From contig CALSSJ010000044.1 in the NCBI GenBank assembly GCA_943788985.1, positions 11,845 through 75,844 of the forward strand: a DNA stretch of 64,000 nt, given 5' to 3'. The DNA comes from an uncultured Lentisphaerales bacterium. GTDB taxonomy: Bacteria > Verrucomicrobiota > Lentisphaeria > JABSQK01 > UBA12247. A program made the translations under genes and the position numbers. The notes beneath the pieces are model-generated. The model was not told the origin of the DNA, did no database searches, and saw only the letters and a list, made by a program, of their open reading frames with translations. Shown here one piece after another: positions 48,021-58,647 of this stretch (its first letter is position 1; each line of letters begins with the position of its first letter).

Positions 48021-48329
48021 CTGAGTGCAAAATTCGGGCTAGCGCGCAACGCCGTCGGCGTGATTATGGTCGCCAAGGCTGGCAAGACCACCTGCCATTC
48101 CATACGCTACTGCCACGGCCAGTTCGTCAATACAAACATCCGCGGCTACGTCCTAAACGGCATCGATTCCGGCGTACGAAGGTACGGCTGTTACTACCGC
48201 GGCCAGTACGGCTACAAGCCTTATGCCCAGCAACGCACCTACTACCGAGCGGCCCCAGAACTGAAGGAGCTGTCCGAGCGTCAAGCACTACCTGAATGCG
48301 CTCCTTCAGCGCCGCCCGTCCCGGCATAG
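48021..48329 (+). pseudogene. Orphan 3' fragment of a polysaccharide-export tyrosine autokinase (Wzc/EpsB-like)
   Basis: GVIMVAKAGKTT...IRGYVLNGID..YGCYYRGQYGYKPY matches the end of the BY-kinase P-loop domain plus its Tyr-rich tail. There are no Walker motifs or upstream domains, and it begins right after the IS relic. Confidence 0.5.
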
Positions 48330-48495
48330 CCACATTGGCCTCGCAATCCGCGATGGCAACAGACTCAGAAGTCGGACTCGCTCTACGACTGACACGGCGG
48401 GAAATTGACTGAGATTGTGTGCGGCAGCGACTGGCACGCGCTCGCCACCACCGTTATCTTCCGGCCAGTCGTAGTGCACGTAGCTGGAGCCTCCC

Positions 48496-49908
<1,413 letters not shown>

Positions 49909-49984
49909 GTCCAGATTTGCCGTCAGCGCTGGCGCTCCCATCCCTAGCGGCATCCCTCCATCGCCTCCAGCCCGAATATGGTTC

Positions 49985-50275
49985 CTAAGAGTTTTCGAAC
50001 AGCTGTGGAACAACCCGGCCTAGGAGCCGGTAGTGGTCGACGACCAGCACGGCCCGGCCGTCGTCCTCTAGCGCCAGCCTCCCGGTCACCTCAACGGCAA
50101 AGCAGAGGTGACGGGGCATTGACGCACCGCTGACTCCCAACTCGAGCAGGTACTCGCCTTCGCCGTCGGTTTCTAACGCCAACGTCCGCACCTGATCCCC
50201 GTCCCAGTCGATCGGGACCAGAATGCCACGCAGGACATGCGTCGGCGCATCGGTGGAGGTCGATTTCGTCATCAT
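49985..50275 (-). CDS. Small hypothetical protein (96 aa) expressed from a sigma-54 promoter
   Basis: ORF with a GGGAGA RBS 2 nt upstream of ATGATG. A consensus -24/-12 promoter lies about 140 nt upstream on the same strand. Beta-rich sequence with no recognised family. Confidence 0.55.
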   Translation of the reverse strand: MMTKSTSTDAPTHVLRGILVPIDWDGDQVRTLALETDGEGEYLLELGVSGASMPRHLCFAVEVTGRLALEDDGRAVLVVDHYRLLGRVVPQLFENS

Positions 50276-50414
50276 GGTCTCCCTAGAGGTCGCCCTCCCA
50301 GTCGTAAAACATCAGGGCGGCGGACCAGTTTAGAAACTTGAGACTCCTTTGTCGGGTTCCGTCGGTCATTGGCGAAAGACAGACCTGTTAAGATCCTACC
50401 TACTCGCCACCCCT

Positions 50415-50430
50415 TGCAACTGCCGTGCCA
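50415..50430 (-). promoter_or_regulatory. Sigma-54 (-24/-12) promoter, leftward
   Basis: The minus strand reads TGGCACGGCAGTTGCA, an exact match to TGGCACG-N4-TTGCW with correct GG/GC spacing. Confidence 0.75.
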
Positions 50431-50527
50431 ATCGAACCAGACGTCGTCTGCAGCCCCACAAAAGACGCCAAAACGCTCCTCACACCGGGTTTTACTGAAC
50501 CACGAGATCCGATTCGATTACCAGGCA

Positions 50528-50542
50528 GGAACTTCCAGTTCC
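50528..50542. promoter_or_regulatory. Candidate enhancer (UAS) palindrome between the divergent sigma-54 promoters
   Basis: GGAACT-TCC-AGTTCC is a perfect 6-3-6 palindrome. A degenerate copy, GGAACTGCAGCTTC, lies at 50571-50584, about 42 bp (four helical turns) away. Both sit roughly 100-150 bp upstream of each promoter. Confidence 0.35.
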
Positions 50543-50662
50543 GAAACACTAATTGCGCTGCCCAGAAAGCGGAACTGCAGCTTCTACATCGCGGACTCTT
50601 GGTCGCTCCCCGAGATGCCTACATGCACCATCTTTCAAGGCTGCGCCATGTGTCCCCAGTGT

Positions 50663-50678
50663 TGGCACGCAACATGCA
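50663..50678 (+). promoter_or_regulatory. Sigma-54 (-24/-12) promoter, rightward
   Basis: TGGCACGCAACATGCA has correct GG-N10-GC spacing and one mismatch in the -12 TTGC. It is followed by AGGAG (50706-50710) and GTG at 50719. Confidence 0.7.
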
Positions 50679-50718
50679 AACAAGATGTTGTCCGACCTTT
50701 TTTCTAGGAGCGATTTCC

Positions 50719-51516
50719 GTGCAACACCCAAACTTCTCGCTGGCTATCGGCAACGGCCCGATCGTCGCCGCCGCCCTTCACGCAGGCCATCAACTCCGGT
50801 CCGAAGTGGAGGCGGAAATCACTCTTTGCCCCGCGGATAGGCTTCGTGAAGAAGATCCGTATACCGATCGGTGGACTCAGTTTTCCCCGACCCGGCTAGT
50901 TGTCCACACCTCTCGTTTTCAGGTCGACCTGAACCGTCCTCGCGGCAGCGCAGTCTACCGCACCCCCGCAGACGCCTGGGGCCTGCAGGTCTGGCGCGAC
51001 CGTTGCCCGGACGGCATCCTGCAGCGTTCACGTGCAGAGTACGACTCCTTCTACGGCATGGCCGAGCGCGTTTTCGACGACCTAGCCCGCCGCTACGGCC
51101 GGTTCGTCGTCTACGACCTCCACACGTACAACCACCGCCGTAACGGCCCGAACGCACCACCGTCTCCCCAGAATGAAAATCCCGATGTGAATCTGGGCAC
51201 AGGCAGTCTCGACCGCAGCTACTGGGCTCCGCTAGTGCATGCCTTCACGGGCGCATTGCCCAGCCCCGACTCCGGCCAGACTCTGGATGTACGTGAGAAT
51301 GTGAAGTTCCAAGGCGGCCACTTTGCTCGCTGGGTTCACGCCAAGTACCCGCACATTGGGTGCGTCCTCTCCATTGAGGTAAAGAAGACTTTCATGGACG
51401 AGTGGACCGGAGTAGCCGACCCCGCACAGGTCACCTTGATTCGCGACAGTCTTGCTGCCACTGTCGATCCAGTCTTGCGGGTCCTCCATTCCGTCTACAA
51501 CGCCCAATCCGCGTGA
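50719..51516 (+). CDS. N-formylglutamate amidohydrolase (FGase) family protein
   Basis: PIVAAALHAGHQLR, DPYTD, HTSRFQVDLNR, VVYDLHTYN and LSIEVKK correspond to the FGase-fold metal and active-site segments. The start was chosen from RBS and promoter geometry; the longer ORF from 50425 spans the promoter region. Confidence 0.7.
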   Translation: MQHPNFSLAIGNGPIVAAALHAGHQLRSEVEAEITLCPADRLREEDPYTDRWTQFSPTRLVVHTSRFQVDLNRPRGSAVYRTPADAWGLQVWRDRCPDGILQRSRAEYDSFYGMAERVFDDLARRYGRFVVYDLHTYNHRRNGPNAPPSPQNENPDVNLGTGSLDRSYWAPLVHAFTGALPSPDSGQTLDVRENVKFQGGHFARWVHAKYPHIGCVLSIEVKKTFMDEWTGVADPAQVTLIRDSLAATVDPVLRVLHSVYNAQSA

Positions 51517-51520
51517 CCTG

Positions 51521-53426
51521 ATGGCGCTCGACTCCACCATAGTCCAACGCATCCGGGAACGCCTTGCCACCAACCAGCCGCTGCGTTGTCAGGTTCCCGG
51601 AGGCGGCGTGCTGAACGTAGACCGGCAACTGCCGTTCCTCTGCGTGTTCCGACGTCCTCGCAACGAAATCGACGCGAGCATGGCCAAGCTCGTGCGCGGC
51701 GAGGGCGCATATCTGGTGGGCCGCGGTGATCGTAGCGGGCGTCGCAACACGCGCGAGCTCGTCCAGTTGACCGTTGCCGAGCTCGCCCCACACTTCGGTG
51801 CCTTCCTGATTGTGGAGCTGTGGGCAGCCGCCGAAGCATCAGCGGACATGGCCCCGCATTTTACCCTCGCCGCGCCGGCAAGAACGCCACAGGCGATGCT
51901 CGAAACCTTGCAAGCCGAGCTAGGACGGATGCGCGTCCAGCGACGCCGGGCGCGAGTCACGGTCGAGCGCCTGCCGCCGGTAGCCCCTGGCTTCTCGCCG
52001 CTACTTACGCCGGCCCAAGCCCAGGCGCACAACGTTTTCGTCATCGGGATCGAAGTCGCACCGATCTTTCGCGATCCCACCACGGGAACAGTCTTCCCTC
52101 TGGTGTTGCGACGTCTCCACCGAGGCTTGAGCCTGGCGCTGCGACGTTGCTTCTACGAGTTTGCGGTCTCCGCAACTACCCACCGCCCCGACCACTTCCA
52201 CACCCTTGGCCGTCGCGCTATGGTCAAAGCAGTTTGGGATGCGGACGCGGCGCTCGCCCGCATCGACCAGACCGTGGACTTCCTCCTCCTCGTCACCCCC
52301 CACCAATGCGGAAGCCGCATGGCGACGCTTCCGCCGCGACCATTTCGCCAAGGCCCCTGCCTTTCGCTACCGCTCTTTGCCATTCGACCCGGCCAAACTC
52401 AAGCGGTCATTGTTTGCCATCCCCATCGAGCGCGTAGAGGACCCCATGCTGGCCCGCCTCTTCGGCGACGAACGTCAGGACCTTGAACGACGCCTCAGCA
52501 TGCTCGTAGATCGCAACACGCCCAGCTTCCTCTACGGTAGCCTCCAAGTCTACGGTCCTGTCGACGACGCCCTCCTCGACCTGGCCCGTGACATCCTCCA
52601 GCGCCTGCCCCCGCACCGCTCCGGCTCGGATATAAGGGGCACGGTGGGGGCTGCGAAGTTCGCAGAAGCAGCCCGCGCTGAGATCGCCCGCTGCACCGCG
52701 CGTTGTCCGCAGTTTCGCGCCCGAGTCGAAATACGCGCCGACCTAACCGGCCTGATGGTCTCGCGCGACTGCCTCTACGTAGGTGCCTCGCTGCAAGTCT
52801 CAGCCCGGCGCGTCGAGGCACTCATCCAGCACGAGATCGGCGTCCATATCGCCACCTACTGTAACGGCGCTGACCAGCCGTTCGCCCAGCTACGCCACGG
52901 CCTTACCGGCTATGAAGAACTCCAGGAAGGCCTCGCAGTCTTTGCAGAATACCTGGTTGGCGGCTTCACCGGCCCCCGGCTCCGTCTGCTTGCCGCCCGC
53001 GTCGTGGCCGCCCGTATGGTCACCGAAGGAAGCGACTTTCTCTCGATCTTCCATGCCCTCCGCGACGAGGGCCAGTTCGATTCCCGTACCGCCTATCTGG
53101 TGACCATGCGCGTGACCCGCGGTGGTGGTTTCACCAAAGACGCCGTCTATCTGCGCGGCCTGGTCTCGCTGCTGAAGCACCTAGCGGACGGTGGCGAAAT
53201 TGAACCGCTGTACGTCGGAAAAATCGCCGAACAGCACATGGCATTTGTCCGTGAGTTACAATGGCGTCGCGTCCTCCGATCGCCCCTTTTCATCCCCTCC
53301 TATCTCACCGACGAGGCCGGCCGCGAACGTCTTGCTGCCGCTCGCACCGGACTGCATGTCTGCGACCTCGTAGGTATCCGCCCGAACCTAACCAGAACCA
53401 CCATCCGCAAGGCCCCCCCCTCATGA
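51521..53426 (+). CDS. DUF1704 / QEGLA-motif protein (putative metallo-carboxypeptidase-like), frame interrupted in a C6 run at 52296-52301
   Basis: ORF 51452.. (ATG 51521) joins ORF 52161.. at DFLLLVTP/TNAEAAWRRF. The C-terminal part has HEIGVHIATY (HExxH) and GYEELQEGLAVFAEY, the family-defining QEGLA motif. Confidence 0.8.
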
Positions 53427-54466
53427 GAATCGCCTTCTTCGTCAACGACATCGCTACCGAGCTCCCCAACTACACGACCACCCGCTTGGCTATGACCGCC
53501 ACCAACCGCGGCCACGACGTCTGGTATGTCGGCGCTGGTGACTTCGCCTACGACCCGGACGAGAGAGTCCGAGCCCGCGCCCGCGGCGCCACCAAGGGCT
53601 CCTACAAGTCGCTGGCCAGCTATCTCAAAGACGTGCAGGGCACCAAGGCCCGATCTGAGCGAATCACCGTGGACGACATCGACGTCCTCATGCTCCGCAA
53701 CGACCCGGCGACCGACCTGAGCCGCCCTTGGGCGCAGTCCGCAGGCATCACCTTCGGTCGCGTTGCCATGCGCCAAGGCGTCATCGTTCTCAACGACCCT
53801 GCGTCACTGGCCACAGCCATGAACAAGATGTACTTCCAGCTCTTTCCGGAAGAAGTCCGCCCGCGCACGCTCATCACCCGTAACCGAAGCGAGATCAAGG
53901 CCTTCGCCAAAGAATTAGGCGGCACCGTCGTCCTCAAGCCCCTGCAAGGCTCCGGCGGCTCGAACGTCTTCCTCGTGCGGAAGGACGAAATGGCCAACCT
54001 TAATCAAATGATTGAAGCCGTCTCACGAGACGGCTACATCATCGCCCAGGAGTATCTCGAAGCAGCCGTAGACGGCGACACCCGCTTGTTCTTAATGAAC
54101 GGCCGGCCGCTCCGCTACAAGGGTCGCTACGCGGCCTTTCGGCGAGGTCGCGGCGAGGACGATATGCGCAGTAACATCCACGCTGGCGGCCACAAGCTCC
54201 AGGCCACCATCACCGACGCCCACCTGCAGTTGGCCGAGATCGTACGCCCACGCCTGGTCCGGGACGGAATGTTCTTGGTCGGCCTAGACATCGTCGGTGA
54301 CAAGCTGATGGAGATCAACGTCTTCAGCCCCGGCGGTCTGGGCAGCGCCCAGCAGTACGAGAAAGTGAACTTCTCTCACGCCATCATCGACGCTCTCGAA
54401 GCCAAGGTCGAGTACATGCGTTACTACCGCCGCAAGTTCGGGAACATTGAGATGGCCACGCTGTAA
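53423..54466 (+). CDS. ATP-grasp ligase related to glutathione synthetase (GshB/RimK-like)
   Basis: ATGA overlap with the upstream stop. MRIAFFVNDIATE.. (GshB N-domain), VVLKPLQGSGGSNVF, and GDTRLFLMNGRP...NIHAGG...LVGLDIVGDKLMEINVFSPGG (ATP-grasp Mg/ATP motifs). Confidence 0.8.
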   Translation: MRIAFFVNDIATELPNYTTTRLAMTATNRGHDVWYVGAGDFAYDPDERVRARARGATKGSYKSLASYLKDVQGTKARSERITVDDIDVLMLRNDPATDLSRPWAQSAGITFGRVAMRQGVIVLNDPASLATAMNKMYFQLFPEEVRPRTLITRNRSEIKAFAKELGGTVVLKPLQGSGGSNVFLVRKDEMANLNQMIEAVSRDGYIIAQEYLEAAVDGDTRLFLMNGRPLRYKGRYAAFRRGRGEDDMRSNIHAGGHKLQATITDAHLQLAEIVRPRLVRDGMFLVGLDIVGDKLMEINVFSPGGLGSAQQYEKVNFSHAIIDALEAKVEYMRYYRRKFGNIEMATL

Positions 54467-54999
54467 ATTGCGCTCCGTGATCCATCGGCAAGAATTCGGT
54501 CTTTCGATTATTGTAGCTTGCCAGGAGGAGCGTGGAGATCGACACCACAGGCAACGCTCTAGTCGCCCCCTTAAACGAGTGCTGGCTTCTGGAAAACGCA
54601 GATCGCAGCGTATGTGAGGAATTGCGCCGTCACAGCCAGCTGGGCCACGCAAACCTCCTCGGGGACGTCTTGAACGGCATCTGCGCTGCCCCAGACCTGA
54701 ACTAGTTCCATTTGCATCCCATATGCCCAAAGGATCCGGCAGCTCAGCCTGAAGGGCCTTTAGTTAGCCAGGGATGCACGAAGAATCCCCGATGGCTAAT
54801 TTCGCCAGCTTCAAGGCTGCAGGCGACAGTGCTCATCAAATCAATCACCACCGTAAGTCACGATCCAAGTAGCCTATGGGATGCCAGTGAAGTAGTTCCA
54901 TTTGCGTCGTGCCCTACGTCGGGGAAAATAGTCCGGGCCGAGCTGCTTTTCTTGAATCTTTCCCTGCAACGCTTCGTCCAGCTCCCATCCCCAAGCTGA

Positions 55000-55800
55000 G
55001 GTCATCAGCAAAGTCGACTCTGGGTATCGAACGCATCGTTAAAAGCATCCAGCTCTGCTATGCTCATGCCGAGTTAGCCCCCGCCTTCCCGCCAGCCTGC
55101 CACTGCCGCGATCACTTCGGAGAGAACAGCTTCGCTTCGGGATGGGTTGATCTGGAAATGGGGGGCTTCAGAGTGAAACGCCTCAACGGAAGCCTACGGG
55201 CCAACCTCCTCTGAGATCCAGTTTTTGAGCTCAGGGTAGCGATCAGGAAACGGGTTCACGTCAAAGGCAGGAGACAGTCGCCATTGCCCGTGCACGACGT
55301 GGAGAAATGCGTGATTGTGTAGGTGATCATCCATCATTATTTACGGGGATCGAAAAGGCAAGGCGTCGAAAGAACTCCTCAATATCGCGCTGCGTATCGC
55401 TGCCATAGCAACGCAGTGCATCGACAAGCTCGGTGTACGTGTTTTACGCGGGGTCGCCTCTGTCGACACCCAGCAAGTTTGCCGCAGAGCCATACGGGAT
55501 CCGGCCACCATTGCCCAGGGTCAAGCCGGCCAATCAGAGCAACTGGCAAGCCGGCGCTCAACACGAGGCACGCTTCTGCTGCGTGGATGCCTGCCCCCAT
55601 CGCCAACTGCAGGGCAAGCACTGCTCATTTTGTCATAGCCCGATGGTCGCTAACGCTGGGGAATTTCGCAATCGCCAACTGTCCGTCATCGTCGCGGACC
55701 GTACGCTTTGGGCGCAGGCCGCCGAGTGCTTTAACCGTCGAGAGTAGAAGAGCCTGGATTTGGTGGGCGCGTACTTGCTGACCTGTGCCGAGAGGAAAGG
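55000..55800 (-). pseudogene. Relic of a HipA-family toxin kinase (C-terminal domains) with nonsense codons and a frameshift
   Basis: The minus strand reads ALGGLRPKRTVRDDDGQLAIAKFPSVSDHRAMTK*AVLALQLAMGAGIHAAEA...ALIGRLDP... (TGA where Trp is expected), then ...GDPA*NTYTELVDALRCYGSDTQRDIEEFFRRLAFSIPVNN, a shift, then DDHLHNHAFLHVVHGQWRLSPAFDVNP...AVLSEVIAAVAGWRE. No HipB or N-terminal coupling domain is detectable. Confidence 0.6.
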
Positions 55801-56030
55801 CGCCGCGGGCATATCCCCAAGTTGGCCATCAGCTTCAGCGTTCAGTGCGTCACTGCCACGGCGCCATGATTCGCCACGAGGCTATGTAGGAGGCCGAGAT
55901 CTCAGCTAAACGCAGTCACGAAGGCCTGGAAGATTGGGGCGTCCTCGGTTCGGCGGCGAAGTGTTTCCGAACTGAGAATCCCTGCTAAGGTTTGGCACGC
56001 GCGAGACCATGGCCATCAGGAACAATTAGA

Positions 56031-57734
56031 ATGCAAGGTAAGCAAGACGCCGTGGGGCGTGAGGAAAATCAGAAACTGAACACAGTGGCCGGGGTGCTGC
56101 TGGGCGTGTTTCTGCTGGCTGCCTGGTGGACGTTGCCCGACTATGGCATCACCTATGACTGCCACGAGTACTTCCTGGGCGATAAGAACCTGGTCTACTT
56201 AGTCACGCGAGAGGGCACGCATCTGGATTATGCAGCAGACAGCGTGCCGATTCATCAGCGAGCGAGCCACTTAGACCTCCATGCGAACTCCGTATTCGCG
56301 GCTGAGAATCCGCAGGAAATATGGCCCTTCGGCGCGGTCGTGACCAGCATCAGCAAGCATGGGCTGTTCGGCCTGGGCCTGGTGGATGATGTGTTTGACG
56401 CCCACCACGCAATCCTGCCGTTGCTGGTCGCACTTCTAGGCTGGTTCGTGTTTCGCTTTGTGGCCCGTGAGATTGGGCCGTGGGCCGGGCTGATCGCGAT
56501 TGTCTGTCTGCTGTCCTACCCGCGTTTCTGGGCGCATTTACACAACAATTATAAAGATATCCCCAGCGCGGTGTGGTTCTCGTTGGTGGTGTTGAGCTTC
56601 TATCATGGGATCGAACATCGGCGGGTGAAGCAGATCATCCTGGCCGCAGTGCTTTGGGGCGCGGCCTTGGCCACCAAGGGCAATGCTCTGTTTCTGCCCT
56701 TTGTGGTAGGCGTCTGGTTCTGGTACGTGATCTACCGACGAGTGCGGAGTTCGCAAACCGGCGAGCTAATCGTGGAGCGGAGAGCGATTATGGCACTGTG
56801 CGCCTTCCCGTTCATCGGCCTGGCCGTCGCGGCTTTGCTTTGGCCCTATTTGATGCAGAACTTCCCGGACCATCTACTACTGCACTGGGATTACATCCGC
56901 GAGCGTGGCGCAACTGGGCCTGATCATTGGCAGCTGGCAGCGGTGGGCAAGGTGCTCTCGATGACGCCGCCGGTCATGCTGGTGCTGATGGGCTGCGGCC
57001 TGGCCTGCATCGCCTTCCGTAGCGGCCGGGGCCGGGCCGTGAGCAATCTGGACGCATTACTGCTGCTGTGGCTGACTGTGCCGGTGCTGCGGGTGTCGGT
57101 CCCGCGGGCGCACGATTTCGACGGCATCCGCCATTGGATTGAGTTCGTCGTCCCCGCAGCGATCATCGCAAGTATCGGGGCAACCTGGCTGGGCAAAGCG
57201 GTTGCCAGGCGAATTCCACAGCCGCGCCGCTCGCTAGCGGCCGGTGTGGCCATTTTGCTCATTCACCTGCCTGCCCTCTATTGGAATGCTCGCCTGCACC
57301 CGTACCAGATTTGCTACTATAACTTTCTGGTCGGCGGCCTCGGTGGGGCCCAGGAACGGATGATCGATCAGTCCACTGACTACTGGGGCTCGTCTTACCG
57401 GCAAGGCTGCGCTTGGCTGAATGAGAATGCCGAGGCGGACGCGGGCCTAGTGGTCGGCATGGGCGAGCACATTGTCCGCTATACCGCAGAGGCCTGGCTG
57501 CGCCCCGATATCGTCCTCATTTCGACGGACGGCATGTTGAAGGATGAGGCACTTGCGGAGTCCGCAAAACACGACGGGCCGGTCTATCTGATGTACATTA
57601 CGCGCTGGCGACACTACAATATGCTGACGCGTTCAGTCGAGGCACGACGCAAACCACCATTACACCAGATTGTGGTCGATGGTGGAGTCATCCTAAAAAT
57701 CTATCGTTTGGATGCGGAGCTTACCAAACGGTGA
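56031..57734 (+). CDS. Polytopic membrane glycosyltransferase, GT39/PMT_2 (ArnT-like) family
   Basis: About 11 predicted TM helices with the loop YPRFWAHLHNNYKDIPSA and ALATKGNALFLPF, plus a soluble C-terminal 150 aa or so. The ATG at 56031 is preferred over TTG 55992. Confidence 0.6.
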   Translation: MQGKQDAVGREENQKLNTVAGVLLGVFLLAAWWTLPDYGITYDCHEYFLGDKNLVYLVTREGTHLDYAADSVPIHQRASHLDLHANSVFAAENPQEIWPFGAVVTSISKHGLFGLGLVDDVFDAHHAILPLLVALLGWFVFRFVAREIGPWAGLIAIVCLLSYPRFWAHLHNNYKDIPSAVWFSLVVLSFYHGIEHRRVKQIILAAVLWGAALATKGNALFLPFVVGVWFWYVIYRRVRSSQTGELIVERRAIMALCAFPFIGLAVAALLWPYLMQNFPDHLLLHWDYIRERGATGPDHWQLAAVGKVLSMTPPVMLVLMGCGLACIAFRSGRGRAVSNLDALLLLWLTVPVLRVSVPRAHDFDGIRHWIEFVVPAAIIASIGATWLGKAVARRIPQPRRSLAAGVAILLIHLPALYWNARLHPYQICYYNFLVGGLGGAQERMIDQSTDYWGSSYRQGCAWLNENAEADAGLVVGMGEHIVRYTAEAWLRPDIVLISTDGMLKDEALAESAKHDGPVYLMYITRWRHYNMLTRSVEARRKPPLHQIVVDGGVILKIYRLDAELTKR

Positions 57735-57762
57735 TTGAACTTCGCGCAAAGATGGGACTGTG

Positions 57763-58647
57763 ATGCAGATTATTCGCTCCATTCAAGACATGCAGGCGTG
57801 CTCGCAGCGCTGGCGTCAGTCCGGCCTACGTATTGGCTGCGTCCCGACGATGGGCTATCTCCATGCTGGGCACACGTCGCTGATCGACATAGCCGCAAAA
57901 CAGTGCGATGTCGTTGTCGTGACCCTATTCGTCAATCCGACGCAGTTCGGGCCCAACGAAGACCTGGCCCGCTACCCGTCTGACGAAGCGGGCGACTTGG
58001 CGAAGTGCGAGGAGCACGGTGCCACCGCCATATTCGCGCCGGCAGCCGCTGAGATGTACGCGCCTGACCAATCGACTTGGGTGGACGAAGCAGCACTCAC
58101 GCTGGGGCTGTGCGGGGCCAACCGGCCAGGACATTTCCGTGGTGTCACCACGGTCGTCAGCAAGCTATTCTGGGCGGTGATGCCCGACGTTGCCGTATTC
58201 GGGGAGAAAGACGCCCAGCAATTGCGAGTGATCGAGCGCATGGTCCGCGACTTGAACATCCCTGTGCAGATCGCACGCGGTCCGATTGTCCGCGAACCGG
58301 ACGGCCTGGCAATGAGCTCCCGCAACGCCTATCTGAGCGCGGACGAAAGAGCGCGAGCTCTTTGCCTCAGCCGCAGTCTCGATCAAGCCCGCCAGCTGTT
58401 CGCCGCAGGCGAGCGCGACGCCGAGGCGCTGTGTTGCGAAGTTCGCAAAACTCTTGCATCAGCCGACGAGGTCGACTATGTCTCCCTAGTGGACGAGGAA
58501 ACCCTCGAGCCCGTCCCAGGGACGATCAGCCGCCCTGCCCTGCTGGCAATCGCCGCCAGATTCAGCAGCACGCGCCTGATCGATAACCTGATTCTAAGAG
58601 ACAATCAATATCCAACAGCCAACACGGAATTTCCAATTACCAATTGA
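57763..58647 (+). CDS. panC: Pantoate--beta-alanine ligase
   Basis: Shows VPTMGYLHAGHTSLI (HIGH-type), VSLFVNPTQFGPNEDL-like VTLFVNPTQFGPNEDL, GEKDAQQL and MSSRNAYL. The last 15 codons or so run into an inverted-repeat element. Confidence 0.92.
   Translation: MQIIRSIQDMQACSQRWRQSGLRIGCVPTMGYLHAGHTSLIDIAAKQCDVVVVTLFVNPTQFGPNEDLARYPSDEAGDLAKCEEHGATAIFAPAAAEMYAPDQSTWVDEAALTLGLCGANRPGHFRGVTTVVSKLFWAVMPDVAVFGEKDAQQLRVIERMVRDLNIPVQIARGPIVREPDGLAMSSRNAYLSADERARALCLSRSLDQARQLFAAGERDAEALCCEVRKTLASADEVDYVSLVDEETLEPVPGTISRPALLAIAARFSSTRLIDNLILRDNQYPTANTEFPITN

Noticed and set aside
50425-50718. Long N-terminal extension of the FGase-like ORF (start 50425).
   Set aside because: The extension spans the leftward promoter, the candidate enhancer and the rightward sigma-54 promoter, and has no FGase similarity. 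RBS and start geometry favour GTG 50719.
54703-54905. A direct repeat TAGTTCCATTTGC (54703-54715 and 54893-54905; 21 nt with 2 mismatches) that could hint at a repeat array or att sites.
   Set aside because: Only two copies 190 bp apart, with no spacer/repeat periodicity and no integrase or cas genes. It is most likely leftover sequence in the decayed region beside the HipA relic. It is not a CRISPR array.
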